DNA of 64,000 nt from a virus (IMGVR_UViG_3300035208_001992); one strand, 5' to 3'; numbered from the stretch's first letter, positions 1 through 9,183 are shown. Numbers and translations: made by a program. Notes: generated by a model not told the origin, from the sequence alone.

Positions 1-58
1 ACTCCATGATCGGTGGTCTGTCGATCTCTCCAGATAAGCTCAAGCAGTACAACTAACA

Positions 59-235
59 ATGTCAAATCGCGTAGCAGAAGCGGTTGAGGCAATGTCGAAG
101 GGCTCATTCCGTGAGTCCTTCTTTGCTACAACTCAAGCAAATGCAATCAAGCGCGCTGACGCGTACAAGCAGCAAGAGGCTAAGCTCGTTCCATCAAATG
201 CGCAATTGAACAGGCCATACGTCTATGTCGACTAA
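59..235 (+). CDS. small hypothetical protein (58 aa, MSNRVAEAVEAMSKGSF...)
   Basis: Read manually: ATG 59 to TAA 235; below the ORF-track cut-off; fills the gap before the next gene. Confidence 0.5.
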   Translation: MSNRVAEAVEAMSKGSFRESFFATTQANAIKRADAYKQQEAKLVPSNAQLNRPYVYVD

Positions 236-947
236 GGAAGATGCAATGTCAAACTTTGAGCGATTTAGTTCCATGGTATCCATCAATCACATGAAAGACC
301 AGCTGATCGAGATCGATGGGCTTGAATACACTGCTACAATCAAACACAGCATATTCTTCCTTGGCATCAATGGTCGCTTTAATGGACTTGTTGTGTACAT
401 CGGCGGAGAAGACATTCAGATCCTTCCTTGTGAAGATCGTGCTGGATTCAGAGTCAAACGGATAACGCGTATCATTGGTTGCAATCCTTATCGGATCCTA
501 TTTGAAGGCATCGTCAATATGGATTTGCCTGATGATTCATTGCGCACACTCGAGATCTTCTTGAAGCACTGCGTGGCTGCCGCATATCCGCAGCTAACAA
601 TCAACTGGAAAGGACCAGTCATGGCAACATTCGAGGATGATCAGGTCAGCTTGACCTATGGTGAAGAGAACGGAGACATTGGTTGGGCTTACGCGCAGCT
701 TGCCGAGAAGAAGCTCGTTGCTCGTCGCGGCTGGAACGGCAAAGGCCTGTTCCTGTTCTTGGTCGACGGCTCAGAGTTCGAGGTCAATCGCGCGCCATTG
801 CTCGGAATCTTCCCGGCTGGCACCAAGATCAAGTACAACTCCCATGTCGACATCCGCAATCCTGACGGATCGATCAGTACATGGGCACCATCTGGATCTG
901 ATGGGCAGGCAAAAGACTGGGTGTCTGTCTCGCTCACAGTCAAGTGA
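225..947 (+). CDS. DUF2829-domain protein (Tad2-like nucleotide-signal sponge) at C-terminus; probable internal start at 621
   Basis: C-terminal ARRGWNGKGLFLFLV...W.PSGSD..AKDW matches the DUF2829 signature; AAGGA RBS precedes ATG 621 (108-aa product). Confidence 0.75.
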   Translation: MSTKEDAMSNFERFSSMVSINHMKDQLIEIDGLEYTATIKHSIFFLGINGRFNGLVVYIGGEDIQILPCEDRAGFRVKRITRIIGCNPYRILFEGIVNMDLPDDSLRTLEIFLKHCVAAAYPQLTINWKGPVMATFEDDQVSLTYGEENGDIGWAYAQLAEKKLVARRGWNGKGLFLFLVDGSEFEVNRAPLLGIFPAGTKIKYNSHVDIRNPDGSISTWAPSGSDGQAKDWVSVSLTVK

Positions 948-963
948 TTGCAACTTGATCTTC

Positions 964-1000
964 GGAGGGAATGGCGTAAGCTGTTCCCTCCTTTTGTTTT
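964..1000 (+). terminator. intrinsic terminator
   Basis: GGAGGGAATGGC-GTAA-GCTGTTCCCTCC stem with GNRA loop followed by TTTTGTTTT. Confidence 0.85.
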
Positions 1001-1078
1001 CTAAACAGCTGTTCCAGGCGCTGCAAGGCTAAAAGCCACTGGTAAACTACAACGTGAAACACTAACATCGAGGTCGTA

Positions 1079-2083
1079 ATGGAAATCAAAGACATTCAAG
1101 ACGTGAAGAGGTCACCGAACTTGCTCGAGTTCAGTAGATCATTGTCACTGGATACAACAAGGCAGATCGTGATTTTGAGCAAGATCATTGGAGAGGTATG
1201 CTCCATTTGCTCAGACAATGCTCACGTCGAGATGCTTGACGGAAAAGACTTCGATTTAGATCGCATTGTATTCACTGAGCACGGCGTGTGTCCAAAATGC
1301 AAGCAATCAGCCATGCAACGCATTCAACGCGGCTATTCAAAGCAGATCAGCCGAGCTGCGCTAGAGGTCGGTCTTCGTGGAGGCAAGAACGTTGGACTAG
1401 CCTTGTTGACACTATATGCAGAGCTTAAGTTGATGACTCTTACGCGTGACGGAGTTTGCGTTCCAGCTTACAAGTACTACAATTTTGCTGAAGGCACCAT
1501 GCTTTTGAACACGTGGCACTCAACATCAATGGTTGTTGCAGTAAACGAATACAAAGAATACGTCCATGAATTTCGTAAGCATTCTAAGCAGCACAAAGCG
1601 TATCTAAGCGTGCTTGATTACGCAAGCAACATCATCGGTAAACCGCTATATGAACTAACAGAATCAATCTTTGTTGATCATCGAGCTGGCTTCACATCGA
1701 TGCCTGAGTATAATGACATTCGTGGAGTCAGAGGCAAGACCAGATTTTTCACTGCAATAAATGATCTCGCATGGTCCGAAGATTGTGATCAAACAAAGTT
1801 GTGGAACGCCTGTGACATTGGTTCAAAGACTATGCAGATGGCAGCACGTCACGCTTTGTCACCTGCTGACGAGGTCTTTGGCGGAACTGTTGTGCTGCTG
1901 TCATCACGTCGTGATCGCTCTGACGTCTTCAACGCCATTGACGTTGACTACAAGACGTATAAAGCATCATTCGCTTCATGGGAGTTCAACAATGCACATC
2001 CACAATTCAATCGCCAATCGCTTGACGCTGAATACGTAAAAGATCCAGCTCGGGCAGCACGCGATTTCGAAAACGTCGTGTGA
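1079..2083 (+). CDS. degenerate terminase large-subunit ATPase-domain paralogue (no nuclease domain)
   Basis: Walker A-like GLRGGKN, RG.T..F.AIND in the Walker B position (DE lost), LLSS coupling-motif position, SWEFN...DP.RA.RDF end-of-ATPase motif, two CxxC; stops at 334 aa. Confidence 0.6.
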   Translation: MEIKDIQDVKRSPNLLEFSRSLSLDTTRQIVILSKIIGEVCSICSDNAHVEMLDGKDFDLDRIVFTEHGVCPKCKQSAMQRIQRGYSKQISRAALEVGLRGGKNVGLALLTLYAELKLMTLTRDGVCVPAYKYYNFAEGTMLLNTWHSTSMVVAVNEYKEYVHEFRKHSKQHKAYLSVLDYASNIIGKPLYELTESIFVDHRAGFTSMPEYNDIRGVRGKTRFFTAINDLAWSEDCDQTKLWNACDIGSKTMQMAARHALSPADEVFGGTVVLLSSRRDRSDVFNAIDVDYKTYKASFASWEFNNAHPQFNRQSLDAEYVKDPARAARDFENVV

Positions 2084-2085
2084 GT

Positions 2086-2103
2086 CTAACATTGTAAATA
2101 TAC
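2086..2103 (+). promoter_or_regulatory. putative phage promoter/regulatory motif CTAACATTGTAAATATAC
   Basis: Identical 18-mer occurs on the - strand at 42366-42383 upstream of nrdJ. Confidence 0.55.
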
Positions 2104-2134
2104 AGAGGGCGGTCGAAATGACTGCCCTCTTTTT
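2104..2134 (+). terminator. intrinsic terminator-like hairpin
   Basis: AGAGGGCGGTC-GAAAT-GACTGCCCTCT followed by TTTT. Confidence 0.75.
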
Positions 2135-2155
2135 CAATTCCAAGAAGGCAAACGC

Positions 2156-2590
2156 ATGAACCAGACTCTTGAACAAGACAACGTGCCAGCTCCTCGATTC
2201 GAGCCAACAGCTGATCTCGCGACTACAACAGATGCACTTGAGATCATCTTCGGCTACCAGAACAAGCTTCAAGAGCGCCTCGGTACTTGGGAAAAGGTTG
2301 ATTCAAGTCCGCAAATGCGTCAGCAGTTCATCAATCAGATGATCTTGGCGATGCAAGAAGAGACCATCGAGATCATGCGCGAGACGGCTTACAAGAACCC
2401 AGAGTTCATGCCGTTCGGTTGGAAGAAGACACAAATTGGCGATCCAGACAAGTTCAAGGAAGAGCTTGTTGATCAGCTGCACTTCTTTGTGAACTTGTGT
2501 ATCATCGCAAATATGGGGCCTGCAGAATTGCTCAGCCGGTATCTCAATAAGAACGCAATCAATCACGCACGTCAGGATTCAGGGTACTAA
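2156..2590 (+). CDS. all-alpha NTP pyrophosphatase (dimeric dUTPase/dCTPase, MazG-like)
   Basis: EETIE...W.K...EELVDQLHFF...Y..KN.IN..RQ..GY motifs. Confidence 0.85.
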   Translation: MNQTLEQDNVPAPRFEPTADLATTTDALEIIFGYQNKLQERLGTWEKVDSSPQMRQQFINQMILAMQEETIEIMRETAYKNPEFMPFGWKKTQIGDPDKFKEELVDQLHFFVNLCIIANMGPAELLSRYLNKNAINHARQDSGY

Positions 2591-2591
2591 C

Positions 2592-2876
2592 ATGTCAATG
2601 ACAGCCACCGCATTTCTGATCTTGATCGTCGTGATGCTATTGCGCGGACTGCTCATGATTCTCGACATCTGCTCCGAGAGTTGGATCCGTTCGAGGATCG
2701 ACCATCTTGAACGTCGCATCGAGAAGCTCAGAGTCGATGCGCAACAGCATTGGAGTGATTCAGACTACTTCGATGCTGGATCATTTGATCTTAGCGTCGC
2801 ATCACTTGAGAAACAGATTTCGAAATATGAGACGCGATTGAAGCGAATTGTCGAACTCAAAGCAATCAATCCATAA
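2592..2876 (+). CDS. hypothetical membrane-anchored protein
   Basis: N-terminal hydrophobic segment followed by coiled coil. Confidence 0.6.
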   Translation: MSMTATAFLILIVVMLLRGLLMILDICSESWIRSRIDHLERRIEKLRVDAQQHWSDSDYFDAGSFDLSVASLEKQISKYETRLKRIVELKAINP

Positions 2877-2934
2877 CAAGCAAGACGCGTCAAGCGCTTG
2901 ACGTGTCGTTCAACGCAAACCATGAAAGAACGCC

Positions 2935-3885
2935 ATGCTTACGATCATAGTTGAAGCTCCTGACTGCACTGGTAAAACTACGCTCCTTGCAAATCTTCGA
3001 GACAAGCTCTCAGCCGAGCTTAGTGTTCTTGGCAACTTGAACAAGTTCGAAGACATTCACTGCACGTATCCGCCAAAGGGTCTTACACAGCTCGAGCAGA
3101 TTGCTCACCAGCGCAACGAGTACGATGACTATATCGACGCGATCAATGATCAGAACGCAGCTAACAAGATTTGGTTGTTCGATCGGTTCATGACTGGTGA
3201 GCTCATCTATGGTCCAAAGTATCGCAACTACTCGCCTGACTACATTCACGCGTTTGAGCAACGCCTGAACATTGATCAGACATACTTCATTACGTTGGTG
3301 GCCGATCCTAAAGTCATTGAGAGCCGCTTCGACGGCGAGTTCATCAAGGCCGAAGACATTGCCTGGCTTGTCGAAGAATACAAATCGCAATTCGAGCAGT
3401 GCCAGATCAAACGCAAGCTTCTGCTCGACGTTTCGCAGCTCAATCCGCAGCAAGTCTGCAACGTCGTGTACAAATTCATTCGACGTGGTTTCAATCGGCA
3501 TCGGCTTGACTTAATTCGATCAACGCTGACGCTCGCAGCAGATGGACTCGATGATCTCCATTTGATGCCATACGTCGACGGAATCTTCAAGCTCAAACGC
3601 CAGCTTCACATCGCGCAATGTGGCAATCGAATCATCGAGCACTTCGAGCAAATGCCAGAATCGATGGGCATTGTGTCTCTAGTGCGGCCAGTCAACTTTG
3701 TCATGCGCAATGGTTTCTACCTCGAGGTCAAGGCTAACACACTTACGCACACGTCAGAAGCTGACAACACTGTGTACAAGCTTGTGTCGCACAACGAAGA
3801 GCACTCGATCGTCTTTGCCGAGCGCGAGGACGGCACGCAGATCTCCATCCATGGTTCAAACGTACAGCACATCTCGTTCATCTGA
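2935..3885 (+). CDS. deoxynucleoside monophosphate (thymidylate-type) kinase with C-terminal extension
   Basis: IIVEAPDCTGKTT P-loop, FDRF..GE.IYG motif. Confidence 0.85.
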   Translation: MLTIIVEAPDCTGKTTLLANLRDKLSAELSVLGNLNKFEDIHCTYPPKGLTQLEQIAHQRNEYDDYIDAINDQNAANKIWLFDRFMTGELIYGPKYRNYSPDYIHAFEQRLNIDQTYFITLVADPKVIESRFDGEFIKAEDIAWLVEEYKSQFEQCQIKRKLLLDVSQLNPQQVCNVVYKFIRRGFNRHRLDLIRSTLTLAADGLDDLHLMPYVDGIFKLKRQLHIAQCGNRIIEHFEQMPESMGIVSLVRPVNFVMRNGFYLEVKANTLTHTSEADNTVYKLVSHNEEHSIVFAEREDGTQISIHGSNVQHISFI

Positions 3886-3893
3886 GGACAATC

Positions 3894-4586
3894 ATGAAAC
3901 CCTACGTCATCGAAGCAGACAACACAAACGAAGCATTCAAGAAGATCTGTCAAGCTCTTCTCACAGATGGGAAGCCGAGCTCACCACGTGGTCAGTTAAC
4001 TCTTGAATTGCGCAATGCTTGGGTATCAATTGCGAATCCTGGTGACGGCGTTTGCACGTTGCCAGCGCGTGAAACAGACATCGAATACCTCAATGGTGAA
4101 CTTGACTGGTATCTGTCTGGATCGCTGAATGTCGCTGACATCGAGAAGCACTCGAAGTTCTGGACAAAGCTTGCAGACACTAACGGCACAGTCAATTCAA
4201 ACTACGGCTTCCTTGCTTTGATTGAGAAGCACGGCGGCAAGTCACAGCTCGAGTGGGTCATTGACTCGCTGAAAGATGACTCTGACACGCGCCAAGCTGT
4301 GATCAATTACAATCAGCCACGTCACAAGTACAGAGGCAACAAGGATTTCGTCTGCACGTTGACGCAAGAGTTCCGCGCTGCAGACAACAAGCTTGACTCG
4401 CACGTGCACATGCGCTCGAACGATTTGATTTTCGGGCTCACATATGATCTGCCTTGGTTTGTTGGATTGCAGCGCAGGGCTGCTGTAGCAGCTGGGCTTG
4501 AGATCGGCAGCTATTCGCATCAAGCATCTTCACTTCACATTTACGAGCGCCACTTCGAGATGGCCAGGCTCATCGCTGATTCATGA
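3894..4586 (+). CDS. thymidylate-synthase-fold dCMP hydroxymethylase-like enzyme (T4 gp42-like)
   Basis: E..WYLSGSL, NSNYG, DTRQA, catalytic DFVCT, MRSND..G..YD (Asp at the specificity position), SLHIYERHF. Confidence 0.8.
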   Translation: MKPYVIEADNTNEAFKKICQALLTDGKPSSPRGQLTLELRNAWVSIANPGDGVCTLPARETDIEYLNGELDWYLSGSLNVADIEKHSKFWTKLADTNGTVNSNYGFLALIEKHGGKSQLEWVIDSLKDDSDTRQAVINYNQPRHKYRGNKDFVCTLTQEFRAADNKLDSHVHMRSNDLIFGLTYDLPWFVGLQRRAAVAAGLEIGSYSHQASSLHIYERHFEMARLIADS

Positions 4587-4780
4587 TGGCTACGTTCGAA
4601 TCGAAATATGACATCGCTGATGAAGTAACTGTCATCCCAATAGACGTCAAAGGCTTTGTTGACGCGATCCGGTTCGATTCGAACGACGTGTCCTACGCCG
4701 TTGTCTATTGGTATGACGGCAGTAGGAACTACATGTGGTGCTCCGAACGAGAGCTTAAGCAGGAGGTCAAATGCCGGTAG
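4583..4780 (+). CDS. small hypothetical protein (SH3-like beta barrel predicted)
   Basis: ATGA overlap with upstream gene; KYDIADEV..GFV pattern. Confidence 0.6.
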   Translation: MMATFESKYDIADEVTVIPIDVKGFVDAIRFDSNDVSYAVVYWYDGSRNYMWCSERELKQEVKCR

Positions 4781-5403
4781 TAAAGTCGTTCACTGTTAGT
4801 GATCATGATCTAAAGGAGACGATTGACACCCTGCTTGCTAGAGCTTATCGACTGCAGTACATGTTCTCGCCAGTTCCTGGTAAGATCAGCGCAGTTGCGC
4901 AACGCAAGCACGCCGCGCAAAAGTGCAACTCAATTTTGGCAGTTGCGTTGAAGCTCTATATAGGAGCAGGACAACCAAAATTCAACGACGCTGACATCGA
5001 CAAGGCTGTTGACGACATGTTGAAGCCTCTTATAGCGCCTAGTGACGTGTCCAAAGCTTTGCATGATCAGCCTATTGAAATAGATGGAAAGCTCTATAAG
5101 CGTCTGTCACTTGACGCGTTTAAGGAATTCACAAAATACTCTGACTATGACATCGCGCATCCAGAGTGCAGTCCACGAAAGTTTTACTACACTTTGAGTG
5201 AAGTTGTCAAAGACGAGCGTCTTTACAAAGACTGGCTAGGCAGACCAATAACCAGATTTGAGAAACGCGATCCTTTGATTGATGACTCAATTCGACCAGG
5301 ATATGTGCGTGCAGAAGGAGCTGAAGCTGTATGGTATCCTGACGGCAAAGTTTTCTATTTCGATAATTGGGTTTATGAGCCATGCGAGACTAACGCAGTA
5401 TGA
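4771..5403 (+). CDS. hypothetical protein
   Basis: 210-aa ORF with AGGAGG RBS. Confidence 0.7.
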   Translation: MPVVKSFTVSDHDLKETIDTLLARAYRLQYMFSPVPGKISAVAQRKHAAQKCNSILAVALKLYIGAGQPKFNDADIDKAVDDMLKPLIAPSDVSKALHDQPIEIDGKLYKRLSLDAFKEFTKYSDYDIAHPECSPRKFYYTLSEVVKDERLYKDWLGRPITRFEKRDPLIDDSIRPGYVRAEGAEAVWYPDGKVFYFDNWVYEPCETNAV

Positions 5404-5711
5404 CAGCAGCAAGCGATGTAGCATACTACAGCAAATTCCCACGTGAGAAGGTAGAAGGATGGTTGACGTTCTTCACCACAAAGCAGAATGATCTATGGCC
5501 GCATCTGCGCGGCTTCGAATGCGGTCCATGCATTGGTCATTGCAGCCTTCCATGCCACACCAGTGAAACGCCCAACGGCATTGGACCAGTCAACTGGCAA
5601 GCTAAGCCTTGCACTGAGATCATTGCCAAGCTGCGTCGTGGTCTTGGACTCGACGCAGTCACTAGTACAGAAACCACAACTGAAGACGCGCTCGAAGGCG
5701 TAGCCATCTAA
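5400..5711 (+). CDS. hypothetical protein (Cys/His-rich)
   Basis: ATGA-coupled ORF. Confidence 0.55.
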   Translation: MTAASDVAYYSKFPREKVEGWLTFFTTKQNDLWPHLRGFECGPCIGHCSLPCHTSETPNGIGPVNWQAKPCTEIIAKLRRGLGLDAVTSTETTTEDALEGVAI

Positions 5712-5728
5712 CAACTCAAGAGAACAAC

Positions 5729-6217
5729 ATGAAGAAGCACAAGCATACTTTCAAGATCGGTCTTCGCGACGAGATCACTGATTTCGTCACTGGCGCAACC
5801 GGCGTAGTTATATCATGCGCCAATCACAATACAGGCTGTGACACATACGAAATCGCGCCAAAGACAATCAAAGATGGCGTTCCGGCTGACTCATATTATC
5901 TCCAAGAGCCGCGAGTCGTCGGTGGTAAATCATTCAGCGTTGAGTTCGCATTCGAAACAGGCGCAGAGGTTCAAGACAAGATTCATGGCTTCAAAGGCGT
6001 TGTCACTCTTCGTCTCGCACCGCTTTGCGGCATGAACCGCTATGGACTCACGAAGTATTCCGCTGACAAAACGCCACTTGCAAAGGACGACCGTGACTTC
6101 GTGTATTACGACGAATGTCAGCTTGAACTCGTCAAGAGTGACGTCGTGAAGATGAGTAAAGCTGATCGTCCAGGTGGACCAGGAAAGAATCCTGGCAATC
6201 CAAATCTGCGTCCTTAA
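5729..6217 (+). CDS. hypothetical protein with two tandem homologous domains
   Basis: FKIG..EITD.VTGATGVV...GCDTY and FETG.EVQD.IHGFKGVV...GMNRY repeats. Confidence 0.7.
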   Translation: MKKHKHTFKIGLRDEITDFVTGATGVVISCANHNTGCDTYEIAPKTIKDGVPADSYYLQEPRVVGGKSFSVEFAFETGAEVQDKIHGFKGVVTLRLAPLCGMNRYGLTKYSADKTPLAKDDRDFVYYDECQLELVKSDVVKMSKADRPGGPGKNPGNPNLRP

Positions 6218-6352
6218 GTTAGGTGGCAAAGACTGAGAAAGCAAACGCAGATTTCGAGCGTTCAGTTTGGCGACAACGCGCCAAGTTCATCAGAGAAGCG
6301 ACTTCGAAAGAGCGAGCAGCTCTGAGCGCAGCGAAGAGAAAGGATCGATAAG

Positions 6353-6862
6353 ATGGCAAAGCGCTTCAACCAGACAGACGTCGACAATGCTGTGCATCAA
6401 GCATGCATAATTGCATGCGTCAACGTAGGCGATAATCCTTTCAAGCTTGACACAGTCGAAGTCTATGAAGGCGTCAAACTCGACACGTCTTATCAAATGC
6501 TGGCGCCTGGCGTAAGCGTCGCTAACGCTGTACATACGTTGCCGAGAACTGAAAAGCGATACCATTGGGAGAGCTTCATCGATGAGATCGAGCGCTTCGT
6601 GCACATCCAGAGAGCCTGTCAAGCAGCTGGATTGACTACGCGTTCAGGTCGTCCTGAATTCATAGTTGCACAGTGTGACTGGACCGAGATCGATCTTGGT
6701 GACGGCGACTTCGAGTGGAGCCAAGGAGACTGGCATGCACTTGAGCCAAATCACGCTGGTCTTCATGACTTCTACGATGAACGGATATGGGAAGTGCACA
6801 AGGTCTTAGACGAAGATGGTCATAACCATCCAATCATTGCAATGCTGAGGTTACGATCATGA
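6353..6862 (+). CDS. hypothetical protein
   Basis: 169-aa ORF with AAGGA RBS. Confidence 0.65.
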   Translation: MAKRFNQTDVDNAVHQACIIACVNVGDNPFKLDTVEVYEGVKLDTSYQMLAPGVSVANAVHTLPRTEKRYHWESFIDEIERFVHIQRACQAAGLTTRSGRPEFIVAQCDWTEIDLGDGDFEWSQGDWHALEPNHAGLHDFYDERIWEVHKVLDEDGHNHPIIAMLRLRS

Positions 6863-7164
6863 GAACATCATTTGTTGTCACAGACATAGCTGACAAGATG
6901 CACGTCATAAACGTGTCAAATGAATTTCTGCCTGGCAGTGCTAAAGACAATGAACAACTTGTCTACAACATTGCAGTTAGCCGTCAAATCAGACCTCTTA
7001 GGATTGAACGCGCGCAATCCGTGCATGACGTTGATGAGGCTGTGATCTCAAGCGGATCACAACACATTGAATATCAGTCTGTTCCATCACATGGGGATGT
7101 CGCTTCATCTATGATTCGCGCGTCACTTTCAAGAGAACTTTTGCATGAACGCCAGTGGGGATAG
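6859..7164 (+). CDS. hypothetical protein
   Basis: ATGA-coupled ORF. Confidence 0.55.
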   Translation: MRTSFVVTDIADKMHVINVSNEFLPGSAKDNEQLVYNIAVSRQIRPLRIERAQSVHDVDEAVISSGSQHIEYQSVPSHGDVASSMIRASLSRELLHERQWG

Positions 7165-7912
7165 CAAGATGGATTCAATCACCAAGTACACTGAACTGTC
7201 GCAATCACAAAACAGTCACGCGCCAGGCATCTATGAAGTCGAAGATTGCATGATCGTGAAGCTTAGAGATCGATCAGCGTTTAAGATACCGCTGGAAGAG
7301 TACATTGGAGACGGTGGTTGCAATTTCTTCAGCAATCATGAATTGTACGTGATGCATGAAGCTCACATTGGTAATTTACGCATTCATAGAGTCTTTCCAA
7401 AAGAAGACATACTGTTTGTTGGCAATCCGCTCAATCCGTATTCGCTGTTCGCGCGTGAGTGCTTCGGGTTAGCCACGGTTGTTCCACAATCAATACAACC
7501 AGTTGCGATCGCAGCCAAAGTAAATGATCCATTCAATAACGAACTGCCCAACGTCTTTCGAGAAGACTCGCAGTTACTTGCTGATCTTCAATTGCTTGTG
7601 CGGCGTCAACAGCAAAACGCAAAGACAGTGCTCGAGATCTTTGGCGAGGCTTGCACGTCAGACTCAGAACACTACAAGACGTATGAATCTCAAGTAGAAT
7701 CATTCAGACGAACTGATAAGCATCTAGAGGCAACGCTCGCTGAACTGAAGTCAAGGTCTCTTGACAAGCTTCGCAAGCAGATCAAAGAAATGGAGCTGAA
7801 ACGCGAGCGAGAAAACAATATGCTTGACGTGTCAGAGCCGTGCATTCTCGTTTCACGTGCATGGTTGTTCGAGCAACTTAGCGCGCTCGCAAAGAGCAAC
7901 AAAAGCCAATAG
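7145..7912 (+). CDS. hypothetical protein with C-terminal coiled coil (start may be 7169)
   Basis: 255-aa ORF in operon. Confidence 0.65.
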   Translation: MNASGDSKMDSITKYTELSQSQNSHAPGIYEVEDCMIVKLRDRSAFKIPLEEYIGDGGCNFFSNHELYVMHEAHIGNLRIHRVFPKEDILFVGNPLNPYSLFARECFGLATVVPQSIQPVAIAAKVNDPFNNELPNVFREDSQLLADLQLLVRRQQQNAKTVLEIFGEACTSDSEHYKTYESQVESFRRTDKHLEATLAELKSRSLDKLRKQIKEMELKRERENNMLDVSEPCILVSRAWLFEQLSALAKSNKSQ

Positions 7913-8282
7913 CTTGAGCGCCAGCGCATATGATGAACTCTGGCGTCGCGTAGACGCCTTCATGAAGCGCACTAACGCTTGCGCTATATCTGACGGCACT
8001 TGTTTGAACTACCGACAAGGAGACTCAGAAAACTTCTGCTGCACTGAATGTCAGCATCTGAGCGCTATTGGCTGCATCGCAAAGAAGCCTCTTACTTGCC
8101 GCGTATGGCTTTGTCAAGCGTCTGTAAACGCTCTCAACGACGATGATCGCGCAACGTACTTTAAGTTGTATGACACCGTCTACAACTCACCGTTCTTTAT
8201 GCATCGTACGTCAAAGACGCAAGTGATCGAAGCTTTGAAAGGCTTGATGACATATGAATGTGACAGAACTAAAACTAGGTGA
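7824..8282 (+). CDS. Cys-rich putative metal-binding protein (start uncertain)
   Basis: C..C...CCxxCxHL...GC...LTCRVWLC cluster. Confidence 0.55.
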   Translation: MTCQSRAFSFHVHGCSSNLARSQRATKANSLSASAYDELWRRVDAFMKRTNACAISDGTCLNYRQGDSENFCCTECQHLSAIGCIAKKPLTCRVWLCQASVNALNDDDRATYFKLYDTVYNSPFFMHRTSKTQVIEALKGLMTYECDRTKTR

Positions 8283-8499
8283 CATTGCAGAAACTGCAAG
8301 CTCAAAGTATTGCTGGTTGTACAATCCTCATCTAGAATCATGGATGTTTCACAAGATCGATGTTCAAGAAGGCACTGCTGTTTGGTTCACGCTCAACGAG
8401 ATCATGTCTAGAGACGCTATCATCACTGGAAATGTTCTCGACTCTTGGCGTGGCGCTATAATGCGCAGCAAAGCAATGCACCCAGAATTGAAAGCCTAA
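8254..8499 (+). CDS. hypothetical protein
   Basis: ORF in operon. Confidence 0.5.
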   Translation: MNVTELKLGDIAETASSKYCWLYNPHLESWMFHKIDVQEGTAVWFTLNEIMSRDAIITGNVLDSWRGAIMRSKAMHPELKA

Positions 8500-8503
8500 T
8501 GAC

Positions 8504-9175
8504 ATGAATGAGCAACCAACTAACACCAGCGCAGCGCAAAGAATGATGCAGCGCGATCATTCCAAAGGTGCTTTTGTACGCGGTGGTGTCGAAGTTCTCG
8601 ACATGCCATTGAACGCATTCTACGAACCGCCGATGTACTGGGAGCACGGACCTGCGCGAGAGCTCTACGAGCGCGTCGGTAGCATGAACTACGTCGAGAT
8701 CTTGAAGTATTTCATTTGGTTGATGCAACAAAAGGTTCATCCAGATCGCGCGCATGAACCAATTATTGTCACGCTTGAAGATCAATTCGTTCAAAGCGTA
8801 CGCGATGGGTTCTTCGGTGCTTGTCTAAAAGACGGCGACCTAGTTCTCCTTAATGCTAGTGCTGGATTATGGGCCAATTACTACAGATTCAGTGTGAAGC
8901 CACTTTCATGTTCTGTGACAAGCGGCCACTTCGACAACGCGATTCCGAAAAGATCATTAAAGCCACTTCATGACGGAGACGCTAACCGTGCATATCAGAA
9001 GCTAGTTCAACTTGGTCAAATCATGTGGCGCGCAGCTCGTGCGCACACGCTGCTGGACGATAGCTGGATCAAGCCGTCAATTGATGAATTCCGCGCTGGC
9101 CGATCTATCGTATGGGAGACACGTAGCGTCATTGTCCAAAAGGACTTTCCAACGTTTGTGCAAGAAGTCAAATAG
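8504..9175 (+). CDS. hypothetical protein
   Basis: 223-aa ORF in operon. Confidence 0.65.
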   Translation: MNEQPTNTSAAQRMMQRDHSKGAFVRGGVEVLDMPLNAFYEPPMYWEHGPARELYERVGSMNYVEILKYFIWLMQQKVHPDRAHEPIIVTLEDQFVQSVRDGFFGACLKDGDLVLLNASAGLWANYYRFSVKPLSCSVTSGHFDNAIPKRSLKPLHDGDANRAYQKLVQLGQIMWRAARAHTLLDDSWIKPSIDEFRAGRSIVWETRSVIVQKDFPTFVQEVK

Positions 9176-9183
9176 GAAACAGC

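Noticed and set aside
1079-2083. Functional large terminase
   Set aside because: No nuclease domain, Walker B lacks DE, no adjacent portal/head genes
3894-4586. Annotation as ordinary thyA
   Set aside because: Asp instead of Asn at the specificity position and gp42-like motifs; symbol withheld
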